From the NCBI GenBank assembly GCA_002269645.1, contig NIVC01002641.1, positions 1-64,000 on the forward strand: a DNA stretch of 64,000 nucleotides, read 5' to 3'. Under the pieces are notes generated by a model. It had not been told where the DNA came from, did not search any database, and saw only the letters and a program-made list of their open reading frames with translations. The stretch is from Macrostomum lignano. Its lineage: Eukaryota. Made by a program: the position numbers and the translations under genes. Every line of letters begins with the position of its first letter. Position 1 is the first letter of the stretch. Of this stretch, positions 25,061 to 37,603 are shown piece after piece.

Positions 25061-27112
25061 GTAAACACTAATTAATTTCAATTAACAAACTGATTAAATA
25101 AAAGTCATGTGATCATATAGAACCAACCAATCTTTATTTACAAATTATGTATTAATAAACACTACAATAAAAATAATAACATAACAATTTACACTTAAAA
25201 TACACTGCTACAAATAGTATACTGCTATAAAAAGTAACTAGACTATGGCAAGTGCCTGGTATGTCCTAATGTACTACTGTTCATTAGCACAATAGTAGTA
25301 TTGTAGAATATCCTTTGTTTAATTATTAAAGCAAGCTAAGCTTGTTACCCAAATTGTATTAAATAGAATTTAATAACAATTTAACAATTTAATGGCATGT
25401 ATTAAATGCAGAAATCAACTGGAGAAATCAAATGCCTTTGTAGGCGAACCATGAATTTTTTGTTAGCAACAGATATATTTTTTTGGCCTTTCGGCTCGGT
25501 GAGTGTTTTTTGTCAATAATGATTTCAAATAAGAAACTAATGCTCTCAAAATTAACTTCTAAATGTTTTTTGTTTTGCATTTATATATGTTTGTGTCTAT
25601 TTGGTTTATGCTATAATCCTATATCTACGCAATATATTAATTTGTGTAGGCTAGCATTATTTGGCATACAAACAAACAAATTATTTTTTTGTACAAACTG
25701 CAAAAAACCATCCTAACTGAAGTTAATCATCTACTACTATTGTTGCTAATGTATTACCCCCAGTGTTTTTTCTTAAAAGTGTTTTTATATTTCTAGGAGT
25801 TTTACTTGTAAATTAGTTCAAAATATAATACTTTATAATGCAAAATATACACAAACTTTGCTAATATAAATATGAGCCAATTTTAGGGAAAGAAGACCAA
25901 CTTTGAACCTTGTAACTTGCTAAATTGTTAACTTATATTAAAGTTTGCTAAATTCATTCTAAGACTTACAAGTGTTGCTTATTTGCAGTAAAGAATCTAA
26001 AAAGGAGTTAAAAGAAATTTGCTAAGAGAAGGATTGTGAGCTTATACAAAGCCATATTCTAATATTGATTTTCTAATCCAAGTAATGCCTAGATTCTGAA
26101 TAATACATGTATTAGTAAAACCATTCAGGCCTACAAGATTTATATTAAGATAATAAGATACTACCACAATTATCCTACAAAAGCTTGGTATTAGGCCCCT
26201 AGGCCCTACTATTAGCAAAAAGATCAAATTAAAAAAAGAAGCAAAATGCATGTTGCAACTTGATGGCTTTATAATAGGATAGAGGTATAGGCATTATAAC
26301 AACTTCGGTTTAAACTGTTAGATTAAAAAAGGCAGCTCTAGCTATGACAACTTTGGTGGCAGCTATGGAATAATTTTAAAGGCAGTTGTTATTATTACGG
26401 TGACCGTATTTATAAATAGCAAGACGGTTATTTTTATGGTTAACACCTTAAAACAAATACCATCTAAATGAAGTGACGAACTTGCTGTGCAAATACTATG
26501 ATGGTTAAATTTAAAAAAATAAGAAATGTTTTATTAATAAATACCATGGTAACTTCTAGTGGTTCTTGTCATAGTAGCTCACTTTAGGTAATTGTTAGGG
26601 CCTACTATTACCTTGTAATTTAACAGAAATTTCTTCCACATGACCATAAAAATAGCCATTTTGCTTCCTACCTACGGTAACCGTAAAAATAACAGTTTTT
26701 CTATTGTGACAGGGCTAATAGAAAGTTGTCGTTATTACGTGAAGTTATTAATTACGAATATTTATTACTAACAGTTCACTGACTCAAAGGGTGTTACTAA
26801 CGTGCGCTATTAATTCACTGAAAGCTCTTGCACATGCGAAAACGATTAGGTTAACGTATTTTGTGCCAGGAGGCCCACCAGTTGTTTTAATGCACTCATT
26901 CTGCAAGTATATAAATACCGTGCGCACCATTTCGAATCGGGCTCGTTTGTTTTTGCCGTTGGCCCTTTGCTCTGGCCTGAGTTGCAACTTAGCCCGGACT
27001 GTGTGCTCCCGATAGTTATTGACTTGTAAGATCGGCCCAGTTTGCCTGTTAATCTAATAGTTCATGGCTAGTTATTAGTAAATGTCAAGTCTTGGTTGAG
27101 CGCTGCTCCTAA

Positions 27113-27419
27113 CCCGCATAGCAAAATTACGTATCCAATAGAAAGTGGGACGTCTCCGATACGCAACTTTTTTGGTTGCAGGAACGTCCTTGATACGTAT
27201 CCAATTTTTATGATCCTCTAAAGAAGTTCGTTTCTACAAAAATGGTGAACAGATACTGCTTGTAATTTTATTGATTACTTATTCCACCATTTTGTAGCTT
27301 CTTGTAGCTTCTTTAGAGGATCATAAAAATTGGATACGTATCAAGGACGTTCCTGCAACCAAAAAAGTTGCGTATCGGAGACGTCACTTTCTATTGGATA
27401 CGTAATTTTGCTATGCGGG
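27113..27419. mobile_element. MITE with ~113-bp near-perfect TIRs and TAA target-site duplication (PIF/Harbinger/Tourist-like)
   Basis: Left arm 27113-27226 equals the reverse complement of the right arm 27308-27419 apart from one 2-nt indel; TAA flanks both ends. Confidence 0.85.
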
Positions 27420-28284
27420 TAAGTACTTATAGTTAGCTTAGCAAACTAAATCTTAGCTCTAACATACTGTGTTAGTAAGGACACAGGAGGCCGAGCTTAT
27501 ATTTGTGTTTTATTAATTATTATTGTTAAGTTTGATTATTATTGTTTGCTGTTGCGTTAGTTTCCAACTTGCTAACTTATCGTTTAATAATTATTATTAC
27601 AATTGCCAAGTTCATTAAGTTCTATTTATCCAGCTTGAGTGTTAGCTCTAATATTCAAATCTTCTTTGATAGCGGTTTTTGTCTCAGTCAATTTAATCAT
27701 AGCTTCGATTGGTGGCAGCGACCTACCTTTCGTGACAATAATAGTTTTGGGATTGAAACTGAATATCGATACATTGGGGAACGTAATTTATCAAGAAATT
27801 AGTGGCATTACTCTATCAGACCATCTCAGGGTACCGCTCTTCGGCTGATGCAAGATAAGCAGTATTGCCTTAGGCCACATATCTGAAAGCTACCATAAGT
27901 TAGGAGTATTCGAGAACTCTTGTCGCTCGGGAATAGAGGGAATAATCACTCTGCTCACTAAGAGTTCGATACCAAGAGACCCATCTGGACTAGGTCAGAC
28001 GCTGAGTCATAGTAGTCTTAAAGTGCCAGTGAGTCAGAGTCTACCGGAGAACAAAGACGCTAGTAACCAAGAGGCCCATAGGAGAAGTTCTATTTCCGCA
28101 ACCAAGAGGCCCATATGAAATTATAGGTCACTCGCGCCAAGAGGCCCGTCTGAGTTCCTCGCTAGGTTTTTATGTTCGCTGTAGACTACTAGCCAGCAGT
28201 AGCCAGTTTAGCGTCGATAGTCAGTTCGCAGCTAAATTCATAATTAACATCGTGAAGTCGCTAGAAGTTCGAATCTTTTACAAT

Positions 28285-30070
28285 TGGTGTTCCAACGTTG
28301 GGAGTAGTAAAGCACATTTACTAACGACGTCGTAAAACCGGCGATTTAGACACCTTTTACACTATTTATACGGTTACATTAAGTAAAGACCATAGGCCCG
28401 CATAGTGTCTTATGCGTTAACCGTAAAAATTGGGCCTAACAGTTTTGTTATTTATACGATCACTGTAACAATAACAACTGCCAATTTATTATTAAGCTGC
28501 AATCTAATGGACTCAAAAACATTCAAGGCCATCGGAGGCACGGCAGACGACCTTCGCGAGTCAAAGCAGTGGGTCTTCCCGTTCGGCTTCAGTGAACCTC
28601 TCACCACTCTTGGCAAAGCCACCCTCCGGACCGCCGTTCAGCCCCAGCTTTAGCTACATCATCGTCAAGAAGGAGACGGCCGCACGATGATCGTGCGCCG
28701 CGAAACCAGCGAGGAGCTAGGAATCCTACGCATCGGACCAAGCAACCCCAGCGTCTGTCATCTGAGAGAAAGACTCTGGTGAGCTCCAGGAGCCACTCAG
28801 CGCTGCATTGGCGGCCACAGCGACGGAGGCAGACGATCAGGCAATGCCGCAGCACAAGCACCTCAGCAAACATAATCAAGACCAGGGGACTACTTAAACT
28901 TAAAGTCGTAGTCCCCGATCAAGACCTTCAGGCAGCGATTTTGGTAATTTCGTGCGTCAATGACGCTGAAGTCGGCATCCACCTGCAAGACGGAGCCGTG
29001 CCGGTGTGCCATCGCTAAGTCGTATCCCCGTGTATCTGCGGGAGGCTGCGCAGCGTGAGCTCGACGATCAACTGCAAGCTGAAATAATCGAGAAAGTGAC
29101 CGGCCGGACCGTCCGAATGGGTGGCACGAATAGTTGTTGTCCCGAAGTCGCAGCCTGGCCAAGTGCGCATTACCCAAGATCTGCGAGATGTGAACAAGTT
29201 CGTAGTGCCCGAGAAACAGCCCATACCAACTTTTGAAGACGTCACTGACGAAATGGCCGGTGCGCGCTACATGTACTTCCCCGAGTTGGACATCAACAAG
29301 GCGTTCCACCGGATCCGAAGGGTATCATGAGACTGACGCGCCTGTGCATGGGCTTTACGTCAGCGTCTGAGATTCTACGAGTCATGACCAGCGTGCTCGG
29401 CGGGCTTCGAGGAGTCCGCTGGGTACATTACGACATTATCATCTATGCAAGCTCCATCATTGAGCACAACCAGCGGCTAGCGGCAACATTGCAAAGGCTA
29501 GAAGAGCACAACATCAGCTTAAATCCTACAAAGTGCAAGTTCGCCGTCAAGGAGGCCAAGTTTCTCGCTATGCGCCTGTCCGAGAAGGGCATCCAGCCGA
29601 CAGACGAGAAGGTGAGCGCTGTGAAAGCTTTCCGAGCACCGAAAACGCGTCCGAAGTGAGGTCCTTTCTCGGCCTTGTGGCTTTTGTCAGTCGCTTTATC
29701 TCAGCTCTTTCAGACATGGCCAAGCCTCTGCGAGACCTGACCAGAAAGGATGCGCCGTGGTCCTGGGGAGCGGCTGAGGAGACTGCTTTCAGCGCCATCA
29801 AGAACTCGATGTCCGCGAGCAGCTCACTTGCATTCTTTGACAAGCGCAGACGCACAGAAGTGATCGTGGATGCCAGCCCAACGGGACTCGGAGCGATCCT
29901 GAGCCAACAGCAGCCAGAGACCGATCGCCTACGCAAGCCGCGCACTGTGAGCGGTGGAGACGCGCTATTCTCAGACGGAAAGAGAAGCCCTCGCCGTCAA
30001 ATTCGGCTGCTGCGCTTCCGCCACTACCTCAGTGGTTCGTCTGGTTTCCGGGTCGTCACTGACCACTAGC
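28285..30070 (+). mobile_element. Degraded Ty3/gypsy LTR retrotransposon (PBS-like start, protease remnant, RT, RNase H), truncated before integrase
   Basis: CA-AT-TGGTG at 28281-28289; ARIVVVPK...VRITQDLRDVNK, YDIIIY (decayed YxDD), KCKFAVKE, EVRSFLGLVAF, VIVDASPTGLGAILSQ, YSQTEREALAV, FRVVTDH. Confidence 0.85.
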
Positions 30071-30074
30071 CTTT

Positions 30075-30890
30075 TCAGGACGACGCCCGGTCGAGTGGTG
30101 CCGACGGCTCGCCATCCGGGTATTCGTAGACCACCTTGCACGAATTTCGGGAGAAAGCTTAGCTGGTGCAAACATTAAATGTGACTACAAAGGCTTGGAC
30201 TCTGATTTTAGGGTTTGACTCAGACTTTACGCTTTTGTAAGGTTTACGCTATGGCGTAAGTACATGTACAAGCTAGATATTGCAGTTCAGCCTTTTCAAT
30301 CAATCTTCCATTGCTCCATGGTAGAGTCAATGATAATATCATAAGCGGCACAACCCTGTGGTGAGCCAGCGGCATCAATGGAATGGGCAGAATAACCTCA
30401 GCTCTGGTTGTGGAATATCGCAGAAGGCGCTGCGCCAGCTAGGGTGGCGCCCCACATCGTCTGGAGTTCATTATAGTTTGCAGGGAACCCTCACGTGCCT
30501 GCCACAAATCAAGGCGACAGTCGACCCGCAGCCAGCTAAGAGTCTACAGCAGCTGTAACTACATGTATCACGTCGTCAAGCAGTGTACACGCTTTGTGAC
30601 GTAAAGGTCGGCCCGCATTAGGCTTGTATCCCAAGGATCACAAATACGTCTGCATGTCCTTTAGTGCCAAAGTTGAATGCGCGTTACCACTGAGATACCA
30701 AAGCGGTATCCGGGGCCTGTGCTGATATTCTGAGGTGGGAACACGGCGAGATCAAACCTGCGCTGAGCCTCCACCCAGCTCCAGCACCGGCACGGTCTCA
30801 AAGTTCGTGTTGGCCTCGTCCAGTTTGCCCAGCATGTAGTTCACCAACAGCCAGGCGAATTTGGCCTCCTCCAGTCCGAAGAAGCTCCGT
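30075..30890 (-). pseudogene. Third, fragmentary copy of the NTPDase gene (end of exon 1, part of intron, start of exon 2) with unrelated DNA inside
   Basis: 30078-30165 matches 33146-33235; about 30190-30280 matches the intron; 30750-30885 matches 33490-33615 (AKFAWL..NYMLGKLDEANTNFETVPVLEL). Confidence 0.85.
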
Positions 30891-32432
30891 AGACTGCGGC
30901 CTGCGGCTGCTCTCCTCCGAGTTGCACCAGATGAAGATGCAGCTAGCCGTCAGTCTTTGCTGATCTGACCACGCTCACGGGGCGGCCTGCAAAGAGCTGG
31001 TCAATAAGTGCGGCGTTGATGGTGCGCCAGGCACTGTCGAGCTCATCGGCAGTGAGGTCTTGCTCCTCCCCGAAGACGATGACCGCCGGTTGGAGCTTGG
31101 CTTTTGAGGCACGGCCGCGCTGATGGCAGGTTTGCTGGGTGGCAAACCAGCGGGGGTTGTTTCCTGAGGGGCAGGGGTCGCTGTGGTTCCTTTCGGCCCG
31201 ACAGCAGCCTCGCCCTCCCGAGGTCCCACTTCCGCAGGTGGCCGGCCCGCAGCCTGTCTGTCGCGTTGTCGCTGTTGCCTCACGTTGCGAGGACGTCAGG
31301 CCTTCGTCGTCGAGCTCAACTGCCCCAACTGCCAGAGTTTCCGGGGTCCCGGATTATTTGCGGCGGTAGAAGCCACGGCTGAAAGCGGGAAAAGATGAGC
31401 AGAGTCACAGAAGAAAAATTAAAAAAATGAAACCACTAGCGGCCGGTTCAGCTACACGACCTTCAAGCCACCTTAGACATTTCAGAGCAGCAATTATCAG
31501 TGCCAGGTCCCGCAGTCTAGCTGCGTACCCTGTTACGGTCTAAGGATAACATCTTTGCCTCAGCGCCCTAGCCAGAGACATCTGATAACGCACAGGTACG
31601 CGCACCGGGATAGCCTTAGCAACTAAGGCCAAAGCTCCGGAAAGGTGACCGGCGCCGTTATTCAGTCCGTCCATGTGGCCCTAGGGTCCATGCACTTTGA
31701 ACACTCGCGGGACGTGTATACCCCTGGGGCGGCTATTAGAGCAGCATCCAGCCATAAATGCTTTAAAAGAGGTGGAGCATTTTTGAAATATCGCAGACTG
31801 TAGGCTTAGTCCGTCTCATATATATTTCACAGGCATTGTTCTGGAGCTGTCTATGCTTGTAATTTTGTGTATGGGGTTTGCAATAGCCACATGTACGTTA
31901 AATTAGCTAGCATATTTATTTTGCTCCTACGTACATTCACCAATTATTAATCGGACCAATTTCACTCTTTACTGATCGCCCACCCCATATTACACTCACT
32001 CGTGTATTGTACGCTTTCATCTTGTAGCTACTATATTGACTGTATGGGTGATGCACTTTTTCTGACACCCATAAGCAGCGCCAGCCGTCGGGAACATCCG
32101 TCGACATCACTGACGTCGGTTGTTGCACGGGTTACAGCTACCTGTACTACCATCTACTATATGCTCAATCATGCAACTAGGCAACTTTGCATACGGCGCT
32201 GTTTACGATGACAGTGCAGTGCAGCTTTCTGCTGCTGCAACATGTTGAAAATCGTTTATTTCTTGGACTCGAGAAAGCAAGGTAGAGTAAAAAAAGCGCA
32301 TGCATCGGAACTAATTTAATTTAGGGGGCAAATAGCCACGACCAGAAAATAAATTGGTAAGCAGTGAAACTTCCTTATCTACTCGCCAGCATCCGCAACA
32401 GCACCTCAAGCCACAGTTTCTGCTGTTGCAGT

Positions 32433-34169
32433 CTACGAGATCGACTTGGCCGCCGACGCTGCAGCCGACTGCAGCAGAGCGTCCAGACTGAAGCCGAGCG
32501 TCCAGCCCAGGTTGTCGCTGCCGCCAAGAGCTGTCACGGTGCCGCTGTCCGGCAGACCCATCTGCTCCAGCATGGCGCTCAGCACAGACAGGTTAATGCA
32601 GTAGTAAGGCGTGTAGGGTCCTTGGTCAGGAGGGTTGCGACAGACGGCAGCCGCGTTGTCGGCAATGTCGCCAGCGCTAATTGAGTAGGCCTTGCAGTCG
32701 CCTCTTGGCTCGCTTGGACAAACGGAGTCGCTGTAGGTCACTCTCGTACCCGGCACTGGGCTCGACTTTTTCAAGTACTTCACCAGGTAGTAAATGGACG
32801 ATATGGCGTAGACGGTTTTCTCACCTTTGGCGATTCCTGGTTCCGTTCTGACCTTCACCTGTTGGACCAAATCCTTTGCTTGGGCGAAGCATTTCTTCAC
32901 AGTTGCGGCTGTCGAACCGCTGGAGTTGTCGCGCTGGTTACCTTCGAGTTGAAGCGTCACGGAGCCGAAGCTGAAATTCAGCGACGCATTGGCAGCAATG
33001 CAGCTGCTGTTGTAGGCTTTCTTAGAAACTCCAGTCCCGGCCGACTTCCCGTTTCTGTAGCCAACAAAGCGTAAGACGGATTCACGAACTCCCAATCCTA
33101 AGTAGCTCCGAGCTCGGATTCGACGACCAGTCAGCGTCGCTTTTAAGGACGACGCCCGGTCGAGTGGTGCCGACAGCTCGCCATCCGGGTATTCGTAGGC
33201 CACCTGTGCACGAATTTCGGGAGAAAGCTTAGCTGCATGGTGAAACACTTAACGTTGATTGAATTTGACTAAAAAGGCTTGGATTTTTAGTCATTTAAAT
33301 AAAAATGAAAGTTAGCTTGACTCTGATATCAGGGTTTGACTCAGAATTTACGCTTTTGTAAGGTTGACGATATAGCGTAAGTACATGTAGATATTGATCA
33401 GCAATTTCCATCTATCTTCCACTGCTGTGTTGCCATGGTAGTATTGGTTACAAAAAACTTCGAGTCAGCGATAGCATCATCACAGGCGAGAACAAACCTG
33501 CGCTGAGCCTCCGCCCAGCTCCAGCACCGGCACGGTCTCAAAGTTCGTGTTGGCCTCGTCCAGCTTGCCCAGCATGTAGTTCACCGACAGCCAGGCGAAT
33601 TTGGCCTCCTCCGGTCCGCTCAGCAACTTCGCCGAGTCGATGTCGGGCGCGAGAAAGGCCGCGCTGGTGGCGAGGGTGTCCCTGACTACTCTGAGAATTC
33701 GACGCCTCGACCCGGAGTCCAACAGGCGCAGTCCGGCTGTGGCGCGCAGCGCTACGCAGGTGACGGCGCGTTGCGGCTTCGGCACATCAGCCGCCGCAGC
33801 AGCCAGCAGGGCGTTCACCTGATCGCGGCTTCTGTCTGGAAAGTGTTGAAACGCTGACAGGCCGGGCTTGCGGCTGTACCGGCGAAGTCTGAGGTGCCGC
33901 AGCTTCAGCGGTCCGTTGGGCGACTTTGGCGTTCGCTCGACAAAGAACTCGTGCAGTGCAGCTCGAGTTTCCGTGGATCCGGCGTCCAGCACAAGAAATC
34001 TGAGCGTGTCGTTCTTGTCGACCGCTCGATGGCAGCCGGAATTGGTCAAATCCGTCGATTTCTTCCCGGTTTTAGCGTTTTGAGACTGGCTGCTGCCCAC
34101 GTGCAGACATTGAAGCAGAGGCAGCAGCCACAATATCTGTACCAACGAGTGCAGCCGATGCAGGTTCAT
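32433..34169 (-). CDS. GDA1/CD39 family NTPDase (apyrase, ENTPD5/6-like), copy A; signal peptide, no C-terminal anchor; exons 34169-33498 and 33203-32433
   Basis: ACR1 LDAGSTETR, ACR2 ATAGLRLL, ACR3 SGPEEAKFAW, ACR4 ELGGGSAQ|VAY across a phase-0 GT-AG intron, ACR5 LGWTLG; hydrophobic N-terminus LVQILWLLPLLQCL. Confidence 0.9.
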
Positions 34170-37100
34170 TTGTTCGAAGTTCTTTGGCGTGTAGCTCCTC
34201 TGATTTGTCAGCTCTCAGCTCGGTATATTGATTGTTAACCTACAGATATGACGGTTCACACTAAATTCCTAGGCTCCTTCTTTTCCAGTGGAACGATAGT
34301 CTATGGCCAAACCTCACTAAAAAACGAAGCCTGAGAACTCAAAACGAGGCCTGTTAACCGGTTAACAGGCCTAAGAACAAGGCCGGAGAACATTTTAGAA
34401 CGACTATAATCCTCGGACTGCTATGCAAGCTTTAAAAGCTTTATTTTTTCTTATTTGAATGGTGTATAGTGAATTCGTCTGTTGACACTTTAGGTTGGTG
34501 CTGAAAGGATTGACTTGGGTTGGGGAAGAATTGTTGAGATGTCAATGCTTTCGAAGGGAAGTGCTGAGATGTCAAGGCCCCCCGTAGCCTCAGAATTTCT
34601 GAGATTGCAAGGTTTGGGGGGAATAAGATGTAAAGGCTGAGTTCAGAAGCTAAATGTCGTTTATTTAAAAAAAATTTTTATTACATTCTTTGTTTGGCTC
34701 CCCAACGGGGGTTGTAGATTGCTAGTAAACTTCATACGAGTCTAATTTTAAAAAAGCAATGCAAAAAACAAAACATTTCAAATCTTTTCAGCGATCAGGG
34801 ACTAATTTTATGAAGCACTAATTGACTATCAGATATCTGGGTTGTTAGCGATAGAGGCTTTTTGTGTGATTGATGTGAGTTCCAATTTTACGAAGCTTCT
34901 CTCATTGATTATAGTTAAGCATTGCTAAAAGCTAGCAACTTTAAGACCACCCTCGATCGACTGGATAAAAACAATTGAAAAAGTCATGGACCTTCTGCAA
35001 TTATGGAGCGTCAACGAAGAACCTGTTAACCCTGAAGAGAGAATCTTATAGTGTTTAGTTCTTATGCGGTTTAGGTCGTTGAATAAAGTACCTTTCCGCT
35101 CGCTTCTAAGCCCGAAGATTAGAGTATAATGCAAGAATGATTTTTCGGTCGTAGGACCAGTGATAATTTAAAGGAGATATGACGAACTTTTTGAGTTATT
35201 AATGAAAAAATACACAAAATTCACGTGAGTCTTCATATCAGATTAGATAAAGAGAAGTTGATTATAGCACTCTCTCTATAGCTGGTGGCTCACCTCAAAT
35301 GTGGACTGACTCAGGCTGACTCGAACAAGCTTATCAGATTCAGGTGCTCTCTTTGACATGCATGCATGCTATTTTTGTCAACTCTTTCCAGAGGCCTTTT
35401 TCGACCCTTTAAACACACAGCTATCGCGCGACCACAGCCAACAAGGTTTCAGCTGCAGAGGATTCGCATTGCAGAGTAAAAACAGTACAAAAATAAACAT
35501 GCGAAATAAGCTGAAGTGCGCATCAAAGTATACCGACTATAAAATGCGTAGAATTACTTAGAGATCTTTTATTTACACGTATATAAATGACTCCGTCAAA
35601 TATAGGCTCAACCACAGAGTATAATGCTCTAGTGACTTGATAATTGACCGATAAAGTCATATTTCTACAAAACTCTGTGGTTTGACACGGCACTTTTGGC
35701 AAGTTCAGCGACAACTGAAAGCAGATAAACAAACTGCAGATGACGCCAAAGGCTGCTCCGAAGTCGTCTTGCTCCTATAGAGTACAGCGGCCGCATCAGC
35801 CGCACTCGCTGCTACTCCTGCTGCTGCTGATGCCGCTGCTACCGCGTCTGCGGGCGCAAAACGCAGCCATTTCTGATGGTCTGGAAAGTGTTCGAGACCT
35901 CGAAGCCATCGAGAACCCGATAGATCTGTACCATTCCGGCTGCCATCGAGCGGTCGACAAGAACGACACGCTCAGATTTCTTGTGCTGGACGCCGGATCC
36001 ACGGGAACTCGAGCTGCACTGCACGAGTTCTTTGTCGAGCGAACGCCAAAGTCGCCCAACGGACCGCTGAAGCTGCGGCACCTCAGACTTCGCCGGTACA
36101 GCCGCAAGCCCGGCCTGTCAGCGTTTCAACACTTTCCAGACAGAAGCCGCGATCAGGTGAACGCCCTGCTGGCTGCTGCGGCGGCTGATGTGCCGAAGCC
36201 GCAACGCGCCGTCACCTGCGTAGCGCTGCGCGCCACAGCCGGTCTGCGCCTGTTGGACTCCGGGTCGAGGCGTCGAATCTCAGAGTAGTCAGGGACACCC
36301 TCGCCACCAGTGCGGCCTTTCTCGCGCCCGACATCGACTCGGCGAAGTTGTTGAGCGGACCGGAGGAGGCCAAATTCGCCTGGCTGTCGGTGAACTACAT
36401 GCTGGGCAAGCTGGACGAGGCCAACACGAACTTTGAGACCGTGCCGGTGCTGGAGCTGGGCGGAGGCTCAGCGCAGGTTTGTTCTCGCCTGTGATGATGC
36501 TATCGCTGACTCGAAGTTTTTTGTAACAAATACTACCATGGCAACACAGCAGTGGAAGATAGATGGAAATTGCTGATCAATATCTACATGTACTCGTAAA
36601 CCTTAAAAAAGGGTAAAATCTAAGTCAAACCCTGATATCAGAGTCAAGCTAACTTTCATTTTTATTTAAATGACTAAAAATCCAAGCCTTTTTAGTCAAA
36701 TTCAATCAACGTTAAGTGTTTCACCATGCAGCTAAGCTTTCTCCCGAAATTCGTGCACAGGTGGCCTACGAATACCCGGATGGCGAGCTGTCGGCACCAC
36801 TCGACCGGGCGTCGTCCTCAAAAGCGACGCTGACTGGTCGTCGAATCCGAGCTCGGAGCTACTTGGGATTGGGAGTTCGTGAATCCGTCTTACGCTTTGT
36901 TGGCTACAGAAACGGGAAGTCGGCCGGGACTGGAGTTTCTAAGAAAGCCTACAACAGCAGCTGCATTGCCGCCAATGCGTCGCTGAATTTCAGCTTCGGC
37001 TCCGTGACGCTTCAACTCGAAGGTAACCAGCGCGACAACTCCAGCGGTTCGACAGCCGCAACTGTGAAGAAATGCTTCGCCCAAGCAAAGGATTTGGTCC

Positions 37101-37517
37101 AACAGGTGAAGGTCAGAACGGAGCCAGGAATCGCCAAAGGTGAGAAAACCGTCTACGCCATATCGTCCATTTACTACCTGGTGAAGTACTTGAAAAAGTC
37201 GAGCCCAGTGCCGGGTACGAGAGTGACCTACAGCGACTCCGTTTGTCCAAGCGAGCCAAGAGGCGACTGCAAGGCCTACTCAATTAGCGCTGGCGACATT
37301 GCCGACAACGCGGCTGCCGTCTGTCGCAACCCTCCTGACCAAGGACCCTACACGCCTTACTACTGCATTAACCTGTCTGTGCTGAGCGCCATGCTGGAGC
37401 AGATGGGTCTGCCGGACAGCGGCACCGTGACAGCTCTTGGCGGCAGCGACAACCTGGGCTGGACGCTCGGCTTCAGTCTGGACGCTCTGCTGCAGTCGGC
37501 TGCGGCGTCGGCGGCCA
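32447..37517. repeat. Large inverted duplication: arms 32447-34042 and 35933-37517 around a ~1.9-kb unique spacer
   Basis: Arms nearly identical by eye, including the intron (294 vs 284 nt). Confidence 0.93.
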
Positions 37518-37603
37518 CATTGACGGCAACAGCGACTGCCGCTGCTGTCTCTATGGCAACGGTGCTCTCGATGTTGGTGCCCGCACGGATTGCGCAGCTG
37601 TAG
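35740..37603 (+). CDS. GDA1/CD39 family NTPDase, copy B; signal peptide and hydrophobic C-terminal tail; 1-nt deletion near 36278; exons 35740-36476 and 36761-37603
   Basis: Same ACR motifs with canonical LDAGSTGTR; CGAATCTCAGAG versus CGAATTCTCAGAG in copy A shifts the frame and gives TAG. Confidence 0.85.

Noticed and set aside
26350-26760. Weak inverted similarity (GGTTATTTTTATGGT versus ACCATAAAAATAGCC)
   Set aside because: Too short and degenerate to define an element
30975-31283. GC-rich Pro/Ser/Ala ORF on the minus strand
   Set aside because: Low complexity, no recognisable domain or splice support; possibly a retroelement gag/ORF1 relic
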